Position numbers and translations under genes: made by a program
NCBI GenBank assembly: GCA_019057865.1
Contig: JAHLWP010000022.1
Span: 1-64,000, forward strand
Origin: Promethearchaeota archaeon
Lineage (GTDB): Archaea > Asgardarchaeota > Lokiarchaeia > Sigyniarchaeales > SOKP01
Length of the DNA stretch: 64,000 nt
Direction: 5' to 3'
Notes under the pieces: model-generated
Told to the model about the DNA's origin: nothing
Databases searched by the model: none
Seen by the model: only the letters and a program-made list of their open reading frames with translations
Shown: one piece after another, positions 60,881 through 64,000 of the stretch
Layout of the letters: every line of letters starts with the position of its first letter
How positions within the stretch are numbered: the stretch's first letter is position 1

Positions 60881-62425
60881 CTAAACAACGAATTTTTGCC
60901 CTTCTTTTGCTTGGATAACATTGTCAAAATTCTCTTTAAACCAAGTAGGGTTTTCAGTATGAACTGGAATAATGTACTCGGGGTCAATTGTTTCGATTGC
61001 CCACAATAAATCGCTTTTTGATGCGTGTCCAGATGCGTGAAATCCTTTTGTAAATTCGGGTTTCACTCGTCCTCTTTCATTTAGAATTTCAAATCCACAG
61101 ACATTAAAATCGAAATGTTTGAGCCAATTATTTAACCTTAGGAAGTCAAATTCCGATTCTTCTTCGAAGGCTTCACTTGAGGAGTAGATATAAGTTCCAT
61201 ATTGAGGTTTGATATCGAGCAAATGCTTTATCTCATAAAATGAGAAACATAATATGTATTTATCAGGAGCTTTTGAAATCTCAGTGGGATCTATATAATT
61301 TACCTGGTTTTTCAAGAAATTTTCTTCCCAATAATCCTTACCAGACTTATATTCACCATACACTAAGATATCACTGGTTCTATCAACTTTATCTACTTGT
61401 TCAAGAGATTTAAGTAAATAAGCTTGTTTTGCAGGAATCACTATGTTTCTAGAAACTTTCGAGGCAATTTTTTTAAATTCTTCAAGCCTTTCGAAGTTTC
61501 TTGCGGAAAAATCAGCAACAACAATTCCTTTAGCCTCTTCAATAATTTTAAGGCAATTTTCATAAACTTCTTCTTCCGATTCCTCGACATCTTCTCTTGT
61601 TGCTCTTGTACCTTCAATAATTAACACAGAAGCATCTTTAGCATTTTGAATAAACTCTTTACTTTTATCAGCGTTTTTTCCATGAAGGCGGAAATCACCC
61701 GTATAAGCAATTGTAATATCACTAGAAAGTAGATATCCTGTTGCTCCGAAAATCGAATGATCTATTGGAAAGGATTTAATTTCAAATTGAGTTGGGTTAT
61801 TAGTTAAATCGCATAGATTACTACGGGTTAGTGTTTTCAAGGTTCCATCTTTCTTAGGGGCGTTTTTTATATTTGTTGTCAAAAACCATTCAAAGTTATC
61901 TATATATTCTTGAGTACAAATAAGGTTACGGGTTTGGTAAGCTCCACTTATTGCTTTTATTGTTTTATCGGATAATCCTTTAGTTTTTTTACAAAAAAAC
62001 GCAACTTCTAGTTGATGAGTAAGTCTTGAGGAGTCTGTCATTCCTTTTACAAAAGCAAAAGTAGTCGGAGAGGCGATAATTGGAATCTCAGTATTTATTA
62101 AGCCGATATTTCCATAGTGATCCATGTGCGCATGGCTTAATAAGACCGCTTCAATACTTAAAGTTGGAAATCTTGAGATGTCAAGATCTGGTGGAATTAA
62201 TTCTTTTCGATAAATATTTAATTTTGGAATGAGATTTAAGTGAATTAGGTCATAAATACCTCTAGAAGGTCGATCTTTTAAAAATTCTTGAAAATATTGA
62301 CTATATTTTTTGAAATTCATACCAAAATCGAGAAATACACCTTTTCCTTTCTCTTCTATGAAGATTTTATTCCCACCGATGGTTTTTGCTCCATCATATA
62401 TTGTTATAGAGGTCATTTTTTCCAA
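60881..62425 (-). CDS. RNase J-like MBL/beta-CASP nuclease
   Basis: IGGN, LDFG, SHAHMDH, DHS, YTGDFR, HASGH, PVH. Confidence 0.9.
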   Translation of the reverse strand: MEKMTSITIYDGAKTIGGNKIFIEEKGKGVFLDFGMNFKKYSQYFQEFLKDRPSRGIYDLIHLNLIPKLNIYRKELIPPDLDISRFPTLSIEAVLLSHAHMDHYGNIGLINTEIPIIASPTTFAFVKGMTDSSRLTHQLEVAFFCKKTKGLSDKTIKAISGAYQTRNLICTQEYIDNFEWFLTTNIKNAPKKDGTLKTLTRSNLCDLTNNPTQFEIKSFPIDHSIFGATGYLLSSDITIAYTGDFRLHGKNADKSKEFIQNAKDASVLIIEGTRATREDVEESEEEVYENCLKIIEEAKGIVVADFSARNFERLEEFKKIASKVSRNIVIPAKQAYLLKSLEQVDKVDRTSDILVYGEYKSGKDYWEENFLKNQVNYIDPTEISKAPDKYILCFSFYEIKHLLDIKPQYGTYIYSSSEAFEEESEFDFLRLNNWLKHFDFNVCGFEILNERGRVKPEFTKGFHASGHASKSDLLWAIETIDPEYIIPVHTENPTWFKENFDNVIQAKEGQKFVV

Positions 62426-62593
62426 GTGATTATTTTCTTTTTGAATTGTATTGGATTTATTTCAAATTTTTTTATTTATAGAAGGAATTATAAATAGGAG
62501 GTTATTTATTGTATGTGTATTAAGATCTATAAAAATCATAGAATTCCGGCTTTTTAATTCTTTTCAATAATATAATTAATTAGATGTATTTCA

Positions 62594-62764
62594 ATGGACG
62601 ATAATATCTCCATAACTTTCTTAGGTGGTGTTAATGAAGTTGGTGGTAATACTGTATTATTAGAGGATTTTGCGTGCGATGTAAAGATTTTTTTAGATTT
62701 TGGAATTAAGGTTGGAAAATATTACGGGTATTATGAGTCAGGTCAGCATCCCTCTTCCATATAG
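62594..62764 (+). pseudogene. 56-aa N-terminal remnant of a second RNase J-like MBL gene
   Basis: MDDNISITFLGGVNEVGGNTVLLED...IFLDFG, then a stop. Confidence 0.8.
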
Positions 62765-62811
62765 GCGTCGCTAGTATTAATAAGAATTTATTGATATTTT
62801 ATCTTAATCAC

Positions 62812-63309
62812 TTAACTTATTTTATTACCACAATTCTTACAGAAGTTAGCAGTAGATTTATTTCTCTCTCCACAATATTGGCAGATATAAGATTTAATTA
62901 TTAAGGGGGCATGCGCATCGTGATTTGTTTGATTTTGTGTAAAGTCAATATTAGTTAAAATTGTCGTATTTATTAATTCACTTAATTTTGTACTTTCTAG
63001 TCGACCTGAATCTCTATATTTAGCCATTGTAATTGTAAATAGATGATTATCTCTTGTTTCTACAATAACTGTGTAAATTTTTCGATTTTTTATAGCATAA
63101 GCTTTTTTAATTGCCGATAACGGTATTTTAAAGCCATCAGTATAATTATCAATAGGAGTACCAACTTCTGTAAGGGACATATTCGATTTTTTCATAAGTG
63201 ATAGCTCTTGGTCAGTTAATATTATTTTTCCCAATTCCATTTCAAATTGCCAATCTTTTCCTACCTCTCCTTCCCGAAAAAACCCATCCGAAGAAAATAT
63301 TATTGTCAT
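62812..63309 (-). CDS. PH-like domain protein with C-terminal zinc ribbon
   Basis: GKIILTDQEL beta-rich core; CQYCG...FCKNCG. Confidence 0.7.
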   Translation of the reverse strand: MTIIFSSDGFFREGEVGKDWQFEMELGKIILTDQELSLMKKSNMSLTEVGTPIDNYTDGFKIPLSAIKKAYAIKNRKIYTVIVETRDNHLFTITMAKYRDSGRLESTKLSELINTTILTNIDFTQNQTNHDAHAPLIIKSYICQYCGERNKSTANFCKNCGNKIS

Positions 63310-63550
63310 ATTTCTGTTGTTTTGATTATTATTTATTTCATAAAAATAAAATCTATCTTAATTTATTCATGGTTTATCTTACTTATATTTGATATGGAGT
63401 CCAATTTTTTTATTTAAATAGATTTTTAAATACAAACTCGATAAGTATATTAAAGCCCTATAAAAAGAAAACAATAAAAATATCTTTTTAAAGAGGTTAT
63501 GAAAAGAAAATAAATTTTATTACAAAACATAAAAAAGTAGGTGTTAACAT

Positions 63551-64000
63551 ACGTCAGAACAATTATTAAACTGTAGAGAATTTGTTCTTAAAGAAAAAAT
63601 GGTTTCTCTAACAGATAAAGGAGAAATCTTTAACATGAATAATGAACTTATGGGAACTTTCCGAGGAAAACTAATAAAAATTGGAAATACATACCGAATT
63701 AGAGATTTAAATGATACTCCTGTACTTACAGTCGCTGAAAAAATAATATCTTTACGTTCTTCATATCGTTTCTATAAAGGTGGAGAGAAAGACGATAGTC
63801 AATATTTAGGTATCCTTAAAAGGAAATTAGTCTCAATTAAACCAAAGTATTGGTTTGAAGACCCAAATGAAAATCGTGTTTTCGAGATGAAAGGTAATAT
63901 ATTTACCCTTAAATTCAAAATCCTGAAGGATCGAAAAGAGGTTGCCGAAATAAGCAAAAAATTGTGGAAAAGTATACTTAGAGGTTACTATGGTGTAAAA
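63551..64000 (+). CDS. LURP-one/scramblase-like protein, partial at the window end
   Basis: Open frame EFVLKEKMVSLTDK...KGNIFTLKFKI...VAEISKK; ACG at 63551 follows an AGGTG SD, first ATG is at 63599. Confidence 0.7.

Noticed and set aside
3135-63392. Short ORFs overlapping longer genes (e.g. 3135-3344, 5278-5592, 7580-7927, 10765-11031, 41756-42100, 58440-58703)
   Set aside because: Antisense or off-frame shadows of well-supported genes, with no motifs.
1-64000. CRISPR array, tRNA, rRNA, integrase or transposase
   Set aside because: I saw no regularly spaced repeats, no recognisable RNA genes, and no ORF with recombinase or DDE transposase motifs.

Overview
Very AT-rich archaeal DNA. GGTGA-type Shine-Dalgarno motifs, TPR, PCI-like and Zn-ribbon proteins and a CCG Fe-S protein fit an Asgard/Lokiarchaeia-like genome; this taxonomy is inference only. 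Apart from a short metabolic block (about 2.9-9.1 kb) and the last 3 kb, the window is a defence/accessory island. It carries several PD-(D/E)XK nucleases, a NurA-HerA pair without Mre11/Rad50, NDT-like and AAA proteins, AbiV and Swt1-type HEPN genes, two NYN RNases, two radical-SAM cassettes, and an atypical BREX-like operon (brxA-like, brxF-like, split brxC, pglZ, protease-less brxL) with no pglX but two divergent SPPY-type methyltransferases next to it. The main non-coding signal is the motif TCGTGAAA-CGGTTA, found seven times, always intergenic and on the same strand, between 1.5 and 35.9 kb. Three copies pair 138-139 bp downstream with a core-inverted partner (TCGTGAAA-TAACCG), and one complete palindromic site (TCGTGAAA-CGGTTA-TTTCACGA) borders the BREX block. 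This resembles an undescribed site-specific recombination cassette/shufflon array. I found no recombinase, transposase, CRISPR array, tRNA or rRNA. Several genes appear to start at ATA/ACG and several are pseudogenised. All family calls come from motif recognition by eye, not database searches.
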